Assembly: GCA_937903605.1 (NCBI GenBank) | Contig: CALCZC010000028.1 | Location: 6,680 to 70,679, forward strand | Origin: an uncultured bacterium | GTDB taxonomy: Bacteria > Patescibacteriota > Patescibacteriia > Magasanikbacterales > GWA2-37-8 | Length of the DNA stretch: 64,000 bases | Reading direction: 5' to 3' | Shown: positions 51,824-60,620 of the stretch, one piece after another | Numbering within the stretch: position 1 is the stretch's first letter | How the letters are laid out: each line of letters starts with the position of its first letter | Position numbers and translations under genes: made by a program | Notes under the pieces: generated by a model | Database searches by the model: none | What the model saw: only the letters and a program-made list of their open reading frames with translations | Told to the model about the DNA's origin: nothing

Positions 51824-53329
51824 TCATTTTTTTAATGGTGGAATAAGCATTTTCAACCAACCGCTCTTATTATTATTTATCGCTTCTTTTATTTTAGCTT
51901 TAGCACTATTAGTTTTGACAAAATCTAACCAGTCGGAATTAGGGGCTTTCCTGGTTCTATCAACAAGTATTTCTATCACGTCGCCATTTTTAAGAGGGGT
52001 ATCAAGACTTACCATTTGGTCATTTATTTTAGCTCCAATACATTTGTTGCCAACATCAGTATGAATTTGATAAGCAAAATCGACCGGTGTGGCATTTTCT
52101 GGTAAATCAATAACATCACCGACCGGGGTAAAAACAAAAATTCTATTTTGGAAAAAATCTAATTTCAAATTTTCCAAGTCAGTCATGTTGTTCAAAAGTT
52201 CTTTTTGAATTTTGGCCAATTCTTTTGCCCAAGGGATATCACGGTTAGGTATTTTTGACCTACCTTTTTCATCATAATGCCAGTGAGCGGCGATACCATA
52301 TTCAGCTTCATCATGCATATCCGGTGTACGGATTTGAAACTCAACTATTTTTCCATCATCGCAAAACACGGTGGTATGTAATGATTTATAACCGTTTGGT
52401 TTTGGTTGGGCGATATAATCCTTAATTCTTCCTTTGAGTGGACGCCATAGTTTATGGATAATACCAAGTGCCGCATAACAATCCCCGATATCTTTGACCA
52501 AAATACGCAAAGCTACGATATCGTAAATTTTATCCACCATCCAGTTTTTGGCCAAACATTTCTGATATAGGCTATAAAGTTGTTTTTTGCGACCGTGAAT
52601 ATCCATTACCTCAATATCATTTTTGGCCAATTCTTTTTTTGCCACTTCCATTATTTCTTCCAAAGAACTTTCAGATTCGCTGATAAAATTTTCTCGGATT
52701 TTTTTTACTTTGGCATATTCTTCAGGATAGACATAAGGAAAAGATAGATCTTCAAGCGCGCCCTTGAACTCACCCATGCCAAGACGATTAGCAATCGGGG
52801 CATAAATTTCCAAACTTTCTTTGGCAATACGGTATTGTTTAGCCGGAGTATGAAATTCCAGAGTTTTGAGGTTATGAATACGGTCGGCAAATTTGATAAT
52901 CATCACGCGCATATCTTCAGCCATGGCCAAAAACATCTTGCGTAAGTTTTCTATATATCTTTCCAATCCGCGGTATTTGAGTTTACCGAGTTTGGTGATA
53001 CCTCTAATCATCCCGGCGATATCATCGCCAAAATTTTTAGCAATTTCCTCCAGCGGTATGCCCGCATCTTCTGGTACATCGTGAAGTAATCCCGCGATCA
53101 CGATATTAATATCAATATGCATTTTAGCCAGGAAATAAGCGGCAGTCAAAGGGTGGGTAATATATGGTTCGCCGGAATACCTTTTTTTATCTTTGTGAGC
53201 TTCAGCCGCATAATCGTATGCCAAAATAGCCCGTTCAACATCATTTGGTGAGCAATATGTTTTTAGTTCCTTAAACAGCAAATCGGCGTTTAAATTTTTT
53301 GGAATTTCGAAAAACCAACCTCTTTTCAT
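51824..53329 (-). CDS. rel: Short bifunctional (p)ppGpp synthetase/hydrolase of the RelA/SpoT family (HD + synthetase + TGS, no ACT)
   Basis: HD motif LLHDVPED. Synthetase region RIKDYIAQPKPNGYKSLHTTV. TGS IFVFTPVGDVIDLP. 501 aa. Confidence 0.85.
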   Translation of the reverse strand: MKRGWFFEIPKNLNADLLFKELKTYCSPNDVERAILAYDYAAEAHKDKKRYSGEPYITHPLTAAYFLAKMHIDINIVIAGLLHDVPEDAGIPLEEIAKNFGDDIAGMIRGITKLGKLKYRGLERYIENLRKMFLAMAEDMRVMIIKFADRIHNLKTLEFHTPAKQYRIAKESLEIYAPIANRLGMGEFKGALEDLSFPYVYPEEYAKVKKIRENFISESESSLEEIMEVAKKELAKNDIEVMDIHGRKKQLYSLYQKCLAKNWMVDKIYDIVALRILVKDIGDCYAALGIIHKLWRPLKGRIKDYIAQPKPNGYKSLHTTVFCDDGKIVEFQIRTPDMHDEAEYGIAAHWHYDEKGRSKIPNRDIPWAKELAKIQKELLNNMTDLENLKLDFFQNRIFVFTPVGDVIDLPENATPVDFAYQIHTDVGNKCIGAKINDQMVSLDTPLKNGDVIEILVDRTRKAPNSDWLDFVKTNSAKAKIKEAINNNKSGWLKMLIPPLKK

Positions 53330-53371
53330 AAAATTTATCTCTACTATATATCATATCCTCAAATTAAACTC

Positions 53372-53480
53372 TTGACAAGATGCCAAAAATATGCTATAGT
53401 ATCGGTGGTAATGTCAAGATAGCCTTTAAAGCTGGCTTAACTCCGTGTCCAATTTATTGGACACGGAGTTTTGCTTTTTG
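53372..53480 (+). ncRNA. Candidate ~70-80-nt sRNA: consensus promoter plus transcript ending in a 12-bp-stem terminator
   Basis: TTGACA, 17-nt spacer, TATAGT at 53372-53400. CTCCGTGTCCAAtttaTTGGACACGGAG followed by TTTTGCTTTTT. No ORF; sits between two minus-strand genes. Confidence 0.3.
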
Positions 53481-53755
53481 AGGTTGCTTTTTTTATTCTT
53501 TTTTGTTATTATAATTTTGCGTTGCGCCAGAACCTTGGCATTACCAAAGGCATTAAGGCGTCTAGGCGTGATGCAATCTTAGAAACACTTCCCCTATGGG
53601 GAGGTGTTTCGCTTTAAATAATAGGAATAATAATTCTCCCTCCTCTTATTCAAGAGGAGGGCTGGGGTGGAGTTGAAAAACAAGACTCTCCCTTAATCCC
53701 TCTCTTGAAGAAGAGAGGGAAAATACTTGTAGGGCGGTGAATGTAAAATAAAAAA

Positions 53756-53776
53756 ATTCTCCGTATTAAGGAGAAT
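53756..53776. terminator. Terminator downstream of topA
   Basis: ATTCTCCGTATTAAGGAGAAT flanked by A and T runs. Confidence 0.55.
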
Positions 53777-53794
53777 TTTTTAGTTTGTTTTGTT

Positions 53795-55996
53795 TTAATT
53801 ACATTCTTTATTACTACATTTCTCTATACCCTTTCTATCAATTATCATTGGCGCCTTACATTCTTCGCAGAATTTTCCAGTTGGTTTATCCCAGAGTGCG
53901 AAATCGCAATCAGGATATTTGCTGCAACCAAAAAACATTTTCCCGCGTTTACTACGTTTTTGTATAATATCACCGTCTTTGCATTTGGGACATTTCATGT
54001 CTATCTTTATTTCTATATTTTTTATATTTTTGCATTTTGGATAATTGGCGCAAGCCATAAAAGGACCGAAACGTCCGACTTTCTTGACCATATCTCCGCC
54101 ACATTTTTCACATTTTTCACCAGTGATTTCTTCCGGAGTTTTTTCTTCTACTTTTCCGTCTTTGCCGATATTTTTGGTATTTTTACATTCCGGATATCCG
54201 GTGCAAGCCAAAAATTTTCCGTAACGGGAAGTTTTTATCACCATCGGCTTACCGCATTTTTCACAAATTTCATTTGTTTCCATTTCAACAATATCTTTTT
54301 TGACCAATTCTTTATCTTTGGTTTCCAGGTTTTCTTTAAAAGGAGTATAAAAAGCACGGATTACCGGAGGCCATTGTTTTTTACCCTCGGCTATTTCATC
54401 AAGCGATTCTTCCATTTCCGCAGTAAATTTATAATCCACGATTTGCGCGAAATGTTCTACCAGCACATCATTGACCAAAAAGGCGATGTCAGTCGGAGCA
54501 AGACGTTTTTTTTCATCGCGTTCTACGTATCCGCGACTTTCAATTGTAGCGATAGTTGGCGCATAAGTACTCGGACGGCCGATACCATATTCTTCCAGAG
54601 CTTTTACCAGGGTGGCATCACTATAGCGAGCCGGTGGTTCGGTAAAATGTTGTTCTGGTTTGAGTTCTTCACAATTAACCTTGTCGCCGATGACAAGTTC
54701 CGGTAAAGTGTTTTCTTTAGTTTTTTCCGGGAATAATTTCAAGAAACCGTCAAAAATAATAGTCTGACCGGTGGCGCGAAATAAATAATCGTTTTCAGAT
54801 ACCACATCCATACTCACGGAATTCAATTCCGCTTCGGCCATCTGTGTGGCTACGGCTCGACGCCAGATCAAATCATAAAGTCTATATTGATTTCTATCCA
54901 AATATGGCTCTACTGATTTTGGTGTACGAAAAGCGTCGGTTGGACGAATAGCTTCGTGGGCTTCTTGAGCGTTCTTGTTTTTGTTTTTATAAAATCTCGG
55001 TGCGGATAAAGAGTATTTTTTTCCAAATTCTTTTTCAATCACCTCTCTGGATTCATTGAGAAATTTTTCCGATAAATTTACCGCATCGGTTCTCATATAA
55101 GTGATGAGACCGACGTGTCCCTCGGTTCCGATTTCAATACCTTCATAAAGTTTTTGCGCCAGCATCATGGTTTGTTTGGCGGAAAATCCCAGAGCGTTGT
55201 TGGCTTCTTGTTGTAGGGTGGAAGTGGTAAACGGAGGTAGGGGATTACGTTTAGTTTGTTTTTTCTCCAAATCTTTTATCGTGTATTTTTGTTTTTCCAA
55301 ATCAGCAATAATTTTATTTACTTGTTCGGCATTTTTCAAATCCATTTTATCCAATTTTTTGTTTGCGACAGAATGTAGCTTGGTATTAAAAATATTTTTT
55401 TCTTTACTAAAAACACCCTCCAAACTCCAGTATTCCTCGGTGTTAAAAGCTTTGATTTCACGTTCGCGTTCCACTATCAAACGCACAGCCACAGATTGCA
55501 CACGTCCGGCAGATAGTCCTTTGGCGACTTTACGCCACAGAAATGGGGACAGTTCGTAACCGACCAAACGATCAAGCACGCGACGAGCTTGTTGAGCGTC
55601 TACCAAATTCATATCCAATTCACGAGGATGCTTCATAGCCTCTTCAAGTGCATGTTTGGTAATTTCATGGAAAGTGATGCGTTTGAGTTCTTTTTTCTTC
55701 AAATCCAAAATTTCGGACAAATGCCAAGCAATAGCTTCTCCTTCGCGGTCCTCATCGCTTGCGAGTATCACTTCGTCGGCTTTTTTGGCCGCTTCTTTGA
55801 GTTCTTTGACGACTTTGGTTTTATCCTTGGAAACTATGTATTTTGGAGCAAAATCATGCTCAATATCAATACTTAATTTACTTTTTGGTAAATCTCGGAC
55901 ATGACCAAAAGAGGATTTTATTATAAAATCCTTGCCCAAAAAACGGGAAATTGTCTTGGCTTTTGTCGGAGATTCTACGATTACGAGTGTTTTCAT
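53795..55996 (-). CDS. topA: DNA topoisomerase I with C-terminal zinc ribbons
   Basis: MKTLVIVESPTKAKTI (Toprim), active-site region, and repeated C-x2-C...C-x2-C modules. True start is ATG at 55996; the ORF-track 56158 is too far upstream. Confidence 0.9.
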   Translation of the reverse strand: MKTLVIVESPTKAKTISRFLGKDFIIKSSFGHVRDLPKSKLSIDIEHDFAPKYIVSKDKTKVVKELKEAAKKADEVILASDEDREGEAIAWHLSEILDLKKKELKRITFHEITKHALEEAMKHPRELDMNLVDAQQARRVLDRLVGYELSPFLWRKVAKGLSAGRVQSVAVRLIVEREREIKAFNTEEYWSLEGVFSKEKNIFNTKLHSVANKKLDKMDLKNAEQVNKIIADLEKQKYTIKDLEKKQTKRNPLPPFTTSTLQQEANNALGFSAKQTMMLAQKLYEGIEIGTEGHVGLITYMRTDAVNLSEKFLNESREVIEKEFGKKYSLSAPRFYKNKNKNAQEAHEAIRPTDAFRTPKSVEPYLDRNQYRLYDLIWRRAVATQMAEAELNSVSMDVVSENDYLFRATGQTIIFDGFLKLFPEKTKENTLPELVIGDKVNCEELKPEQHFTEPPARYSDATLVKALEEYGIGRPSTYAPTIATIESRGYVERDEKKRLAPTDIAFLVNDVLVEHFAQIVDYKFTAEMEESLDEIAEGKKQWPPVIRAFYTPFKENLETKDKELVKKDIVEMETNEICEKCGKPMVIKTSRYGKFLACTGYPECKNTKNIGKDGKVEEKTPEEITGEKCEKCGGDMVKKVGRFGPFMACANYPKCKNIKNIEIKIDMKCPKCKDGDIIQKRSKRGKMFFGCSKYPDCDFALWDKPTGKFCEECKAPMIIDRKGIEKCSNKECN

Positions 55997-56126
55997 AAAA
56001 TTATTAAACTCTATACTACTATATAGTTCCGTTTTCGTCAATTCTATGTAAAAAATTGTTATCTTGCAAAAATCGTCAAATTGTGCTATAATTAGATAAA
56101 CAAAGGAGTATTTTAAATAATTTGTT

Positions 56127-57956
56127 ATGTCCGAAAATCCAAATTTTCTCAAAAACAAATATAATCTTCACACCAGTGAGGAAGTTTTGCGTGCCAAAAA
56201 ACGCACAGAAAGTAAAACCGGAGAAAAGGTCAAAGAAGACCCGTCTTCGCTTATTCAAAATTATCTAAACCGTTTCAAAGAAATTACTGACCGCAAAGAC
56301 CCTACTGACAGAGAACAAGGTATAGAAGCTCTCAAACGCGTCCTTTATCGTGACAGTATTATCAAGCCCGAAGATATCCCACAGTCATATTGGGAAGCCC
56401 AAGCTCGTTTAGCTCGTGAACAAGGTCATGGCGATATTGAGATTACAGAGGAAATGAAAGACAGTGGTGCGGAAATACTTATCACTGATCAAAAAAGCAG
56501 TTTAGATACTTGGATTGATTATATGGCATCTCAAGATGCCACTTATCCAGACTGGCTTAAATATTTTGCCATTCGCAGTGTTTTGAATTTGGGCGAATAC
56601 GATAAAGAAAAAAAAGTTTTTTCCAAACGATCCAAAGGCACAGTCAAACCATTTCCCGACCTTAACCGTGAAGCTCTAGCTTACGTTTTGGATGCCGTGG
56701 AGAAAAAATATCAAAAGCAAGGTATTGATTTGGAAAATCTTAACGAAGAAGATAAAAAAACTTTTGATAAAATACTCAAAGAAGAAAATTTCGGCAAGCT
56801 TTACGCTTTTGCTATTGATAAAGTTACTCCGACCGAAGTTAATCTCTTAACTGTAACAGAAGGGCAATGGAAAAAATACGATAAAGACAGCGACCATATG
56901 CCTTTGGTAAAATCTCTGCAAGGACACGGCACCGGTTGGTGTACAGCCGGCGAAAGTACTGCTCAAACCCAGCTTCAAGGCGGAGACTTTTATGTTTATT
57001 ACTCTCTTGATAAAGACGACAAACCAACTATTCCTCGTGCCGCAATCAGAATGCAAGAAAACAAAATTGCCGAGGTTCGTGGAATAGGGCCTGACCAAAA
57101 TCTTGATCCCTACATTGGCGAAGTGGTTAAACAAAAAATGACTGAATTTTCTGATGGACAACTTTATGAGAAAAAGGCGGGAGATATGAAATTCTTAACT
57201 CAAATAGACAAAAAAACCCAAAATCAAGAACCACTAACAAAAGAAGAACTAAATTTTCTTTATGAAGTAGATGAAAAAATACAAGGTTTTGGTTATAAAG
57301 ATGATCCAAGAGTAAAAGAAATCAGAAACCAAAGAAACCCGGAGCAAGATATGTCCATAATTTTTGATTGTACCCCTGACCAAATCGCCCACAATCAAAA
57401 AGAAGTGAACGAAAACACCAAAGCCTATGTTGGCGAACTATTTCCCAATATTTTTCAAACTCTCCAAACTGAACATATTTACACTGAATTTCCCGAAGGT
57501 AAAATCAGAAGATATAATATTGAAATTGGTGGCAAAAGCAAAAAAGAACTGGAAGTGGAAATGAAAAAACAAAAGATTACCATTAGTAGTTATGCGCAAG
57601 ATATGTTAAACAGTTCGGATTTCGCCACTTCAAAAAAAGCAGAAAGAGAAACCCTTATCCGTTTAAGAGTCGCTGATCTCAAAACAAAAAATCAAACCAC
57701 GGATGAAATATTTGCTAAAGCCAAAGAATTGGGCCTTGAACTCTGTCCTCCTGAAACCGGACCGCAATTTAGATTGCAAAACCCAACTCAAGAATATATT
57801 ATAATTGGAATGAAACAAATCGCCGACCGTTACGACTATCCGAGCGTGTTCAACTTGGACAGCGATAGCGATGGTCTGTGGCTCAACGGCATCATTGCCC
57901 GTCCTGGCCTCAGGTGGAATGATGACAGCAAGTTCGTTTTCCGTCTTCGTAAGTGA
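56127..57956 (+). CDS. DGR target (variable) protein, 609 aa, variable region at the extreme C-terminus; no obvious signal peptide
   Basis: C-terminal ...YPSVFNLDSDSDGLWLNGIIARPGLRWNDDSKFVFRLRK is encoded by the VR. Ends with TGA. Confidence 0.8.
   Translation: MSENPNFLKNKYNLHTSEEVLRAKKRTESKTGEKVKEDPSSLIQNYLNRFKEITDRKDPTDREQGIEALKRVLYRDSIIKPEDIPQSYWEAQARLAREQGHGDIEITEEMKDSGAEILITDQKSSLDTWIDYMASQDATYPDWLKYFAIRSVLNLGEYDKEKKVFSKRSKGTVKPFPDLNREALAYVLDAVEKKYQKQGIDLENLNEEDKKTFDKILKEENFGKLYAFAIDKVTPTEVNLLTVTEGQWKKYDKDSDHMPLVKSLQGHGTGWCTAGESTAQTQLQGGDFYVYYSLDKDDKPTIPRAAIRMQENKIAEVRGIGPDQNLDPYIGEVVKQKMTEFSDGQLYEKKAGDMKFLTQIDKKTQNQEPLTKEELNFLYEVDEKIQGFGYKDDPRVKEIRNQRNPEQDMSIIFDCTPDQIAHNQKEVNENTKAYVGELFPNIFQTLQTEHIYTEFPEGKIRRYNIEIGGKSKKELEVEMKKQKITISSYAQDMLNSSDFATSKKAERETLIRLRVADLKTKNQTTDEIFAKAKELGLELCPPETGPQFRLQNPTQEYIIIGMKQIADRYDYPSVFNLDSDSDGLWLNGIIARPGLRWNDDSKFVFRLRK
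57823..57953 (+). repeat. DGR variable repeat (VR)
   Basis: Aligns without gaps to 58254-58384. All 15 differences fall at positions where the TR has A (VR has G, T or C there). Confidence 0.9.
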
Positions 57957-58253
57957 TTTTTAAAAAATTTATAACTTTCGGTTACTTTGATTCTTTTGTT
58001 CTTGGATTCTTATAAAAAATTTGCTATAATTTAGTTAGTTTGATTATTTTGAAAGGTCATGGCTTTTCAACATCTCTCTGGCAATTGTAAATTGAGTTAT
58101 AAACGGTTACGGCTTTTTACAGAGTGATTTATATATTGTCTAACAAAAAGAAAACACTTGGTATGGAAAACTGGCGGATTTTAGATCCCAAATAAAATAC
58201 AGCCCAATGTTATTTTCACATAGGCAGTGTAATAGAAGGTTTTCCATATAAAA

Positions 58254-58384
58254 CCGACCGTAACGACAATCCGAACGTGTTCAACTTGAACAGCAATAGC
58301 GATGATCTGTGGCTCAACAACAACAATGCCCGTCCTGACAACAGGTGGAATGATGACAACAAGTTCGTTTTCCGTCTTCGAAAG
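58254..58384 (+). repeat. DGR template repeat (TR), non-coding, Asn-codon (AAC)-rich
   Basis: ...AACTTGAACAGCAATAGCGATGATCTGTGGCTCAACAACAACAATGCCCGTCCTGACAACAGGTGGAATGATGACAACAAG... Adenine-rich counterpart of the VR. Confidence 0.9.
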
Positions 58385-58401
58385 TTTTATCTTTTCCACG
58401 C

Positions 58402-58749
58402 CTACAAAGCGTGGTTTTTCTTTTCCGGATTGTTTAAACTATTTTTCCAACCGCCAAACATTTTCCCTATTTCTTCTATTTTAGAAGAAATTGTTTCATA
58501 GTGGGTGTGCGCGATAATTTTTCCTTCCCAAGCAGTGTAAATTAAAAATTTCAGAGTATCCAGTATTACTAAACAATTTGTTATTTTTTCCGCTTTATTT
58601 TCTTTATTGCTAAAATATGTCAAATAAGCAAGCTCCATCAAATCTAAAAATTTATTTTCAATTCGCGCGCCCAAGGTATAGCGTGTGCTTTTTTGCATAT
58701 GAATAGCGATATTAATCCACGACAAATAAAGTTCTTTGACCTTGTTCAA
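58402..58749 (-). CDS. avd: Avd-like accessory variability determinant (four-helix-bundle protein)
   Basis: ~100-115 aa. C-terminal KIEEIGKMFGGWKNS resembles Bordetella phage Avd ...IAEVGRILGSWIARV. Helical and basic. TTG start at 58749, or internal ATG (M17). Confidence 0.5.
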   Translation of the reverse strand: MNKVKELYLSWINIAIHMQKSTRYTLGARIENKFLDLMELAYLTYFSNKENKAEKITNCLVILDTLKFLIYTAWEGKIIAHTHYETISSKIEEIGKMFGGWKNSLNNPEKKNHAL

Positions 58750-58832
58750 GATAGAAGCGTTGTTGAAAGTGCGGGGGGGGGGGTAGAAGATGTGATCATA
58801 AATATAATGAAATTATTTCTAAAGGAAATTTA

Positions 58833-59783
58833 TTGGTTTCTTGGCAGGAATTTTTATCCGACAAGAAAGAACGTAAAGATATAGCCGAGTTTATGATCAA
58901 TTTCTCCGGTAATATTTCAAATTTGTGTAATGAATTAAAAGAAAAAACATATAAACATAATGATTATATTGCATTTAAAATAAACGATCCCAAACCGCGC
59001 GATATTCACAAAGCGAGTGTACGAGACAGGGTTGTCCATCACGCCATTTATAGAATTTTGTATCCGTATTTTGATAGACAGTTTATTTTTGATTCTTATT
59101 CCTGTCGGATTGATAAAGGAACACACCGGGCGATTGGTCGTTTTGAGAATTTTGCGCGAAAAGTTTCCTTAAACAGCAAGCGGACGGTTTGGGTTTTGAA
59201 ATGCGATATCAGAAAATTTTTTGCCAATATTGATCATCTTATTTTGAAAACAATATTAGACAAACATATTTTAGATAAAGATATTGTCTGGCTTTTATCG
59301 CAAATAATAGACAGTTTTAACACAGCGGGTAAAGAAAATGTCGGCTTGCCACTTGGAAATCTAACCTCTCAGCTTCTGGTTAATATTTACATGAACGAAT
59401 TTGATCAATTTGTTAAACGAAAATTAAAAATCAAATATTATGTTCGTTATGCCGATGATTTTATCATTTTACACGAAAATAAAAGTTTTTTACAGGATTT
59501 GATTTTGGAAATAAGCGAATTTTTGGAAACAAAATTGAAACTTTTATTACATCCAAAAAAAGTTAGTATAAAAACTTTCAATTCGGGTGTGGATTTTTTA
59601 GGTTGGGTCTGTTTTTCAAACCATAAAGTATTGCGGACAAAAACAAAGAGACGAATGTTTAAAAGAATAGAGAAACATAAAACTAAAGAAACATTGGCTT
59701 CATATTTGGGGATGTTGAGTCATGGAAATGCGTATAAATTGAGTAAGAAGATAAAATTTATAACTCCAACCCCGCTTGTTTAA
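58833..59783 (+). CDS. DGR reverse transcriptase; N-terminus unresolved (frame open from 58767, no in-frame ATG; possibly fused to ORF 58693 through the poly-G tract)
   Basis: RDRVVHHAI (RT motif 2 region), GLPLGNLTSQLLVNIYMNEFD (DGR-specific motif 4), YVRYADDFIIL (YxDD). Confidence 0.85.
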   Translation: MVSWQEFLSDKKERKDIAEFMINFSGNISNLCNELKEKTYKHNDYIAFKINDPKPRDIHKASVRDRVVHHAIYRILYPYFDRQFIFDSYSCRIDKGTHRAIGRFENFARKVSLNSKRTVWVLKCDIRKFFANIDHLILKTILDKHILDKDIVWLLSQIIDSFNTAGKENVGLPLGNLTSQLLVNIYMNEFDQFVKRKLKIKYYVRYADDFIILHENKSFLQDLILEISEFLETKLKLLLHPKKVSIKTFNSGVDFLGWVCFSNHKVLRTKTKRRMFKRIEKHKTKETLASYLGMLSHGNAYKLSKKIKFITPTPLV

Positions 59784-59851
59784 AAGTGCCATGGTATTTT
59801 ATTTTACAAAAGCTGATTTTAATGATAAAATTTTTGCATTATTTATCAAAT

Positions 59852-60472
59852 ATGAATATTTACCTTGACGAATCATACAATTTACAAAAAACAAGAGGTA
59901 AAATGTTTGTCAGTATCAACGGTTTTGCTGTTTTTGACGACCGACTATTGAGAAAACGTTGGAAAATTGTAAGAAAGGATTATGTACGATCAAAAAGACG
60001 TGTTCATGCGACCGACTCTTATTTTGAAGAATTAAGAAAAAAAAGTTTGAAGTTATTAAACAGAAATGATATTAGCGTTTTTTCGGTATTCCAAGTAATT
60101 CAGGAATTGCCGTATGATTATTTTGATAAAGAGGGCATAAAGTTTGATTTTTTGTATGCCTCTTTACTGAAAAAGTTGTTTGTGGAAATGTCCTTGGGAG
60201 AGTATAAAAAAATAAGAATATTTATAGATGCCAGAAAACACAAAGGTGGAAAATTGGGAGAAAAAAAGTTTCAAAAAGAGATTGAAGATTTTTTAAAAAA
60301 TAAATTTTTCAACACCGTTTGTATTTACAAAGCCACCCCGTCATATTTGGATGTTTTGGTTGAATTATCCGATTTTGTTTCTAATACTTTTTATAGGGAA
60401 TATCAAAATAATTCTACGCATGTATTTAAAGATGCCGGCATTAGATTTATACAAATCAAAAATCCGCTGTGA
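59852..60472 (+). CDS. DUF3800-family protein
   Basis: N-terminal MNIYLDESYN matches the DUF3800 IY(I/L)DES signature. Confidence 0.5.
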   Translation: MNIYLDESYNLQKTRGKMFVSINGFAVFDDRLLRKRWKIVRKDYVRSKRRVHATDSYFEELRKKSLKLLNRNDISVFSVFQVIQELPYDYFDKEGIKFDFLYASLLKKLFVEMSLGEYKKIRIFIDARKHKGGKLGEKKFQKEIEDFLKNKFFNTVCIYKATPSYLDVLVELSDFVSNTFYREYQNNSTHVFKDAGIRFIQIKNPL

Positions 60473-60620
60473 TGCGGATCTTTTAAAAGCGCCTTTTGGG
60501 AATGTCTTTGTTTCAGCGGGATGTTCCTAAATGGGAACGCCCTCCACGAAGCTTTACCCTAAGGACTTATCTTCTAACCTGATTATACAATATTTGTATA
60601 AATGTGTCAATATCGCCATT

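Larger units (their letters stand above)
56127..59783 (+). mobile_element. Diversity-generating retroelement (DGR) cassette: target gene with VR, then TR, then Avd-like gene (opposite strand), then RT
   Basis: VR and TR are 131 nt each with 15 mismatches, all at TR adenines. The RT carries LGNLTSQ and YADD motifs. The Avd-like protein is a four-helix-bundle type. Confidence 0.9.

Noticed and set aside
53960-55900. Long plus-strand ORFs (for example 53960-54706, 55167-55559) inside topA, and similar antisense ORFs inside fusA, pnp and rel
   Set aside because: They are antisense to well-supported conserved genes, have low-complexity Phe/Ser/Cys-rich translations, and lack starts or RBS. They are reading-frame shadows.
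58693-58884. 63-aa ORF (MHMNSDINPRQ...) overlapping the poly-G tract and the Avd start
   Set aside because: Its 3' part is out of frame with the RT across the same DNA that encodes the conserved RT N-terminus. It is more plausibly the N-terminal piece of a frameshifted or phase-variable RT than an independent gene.
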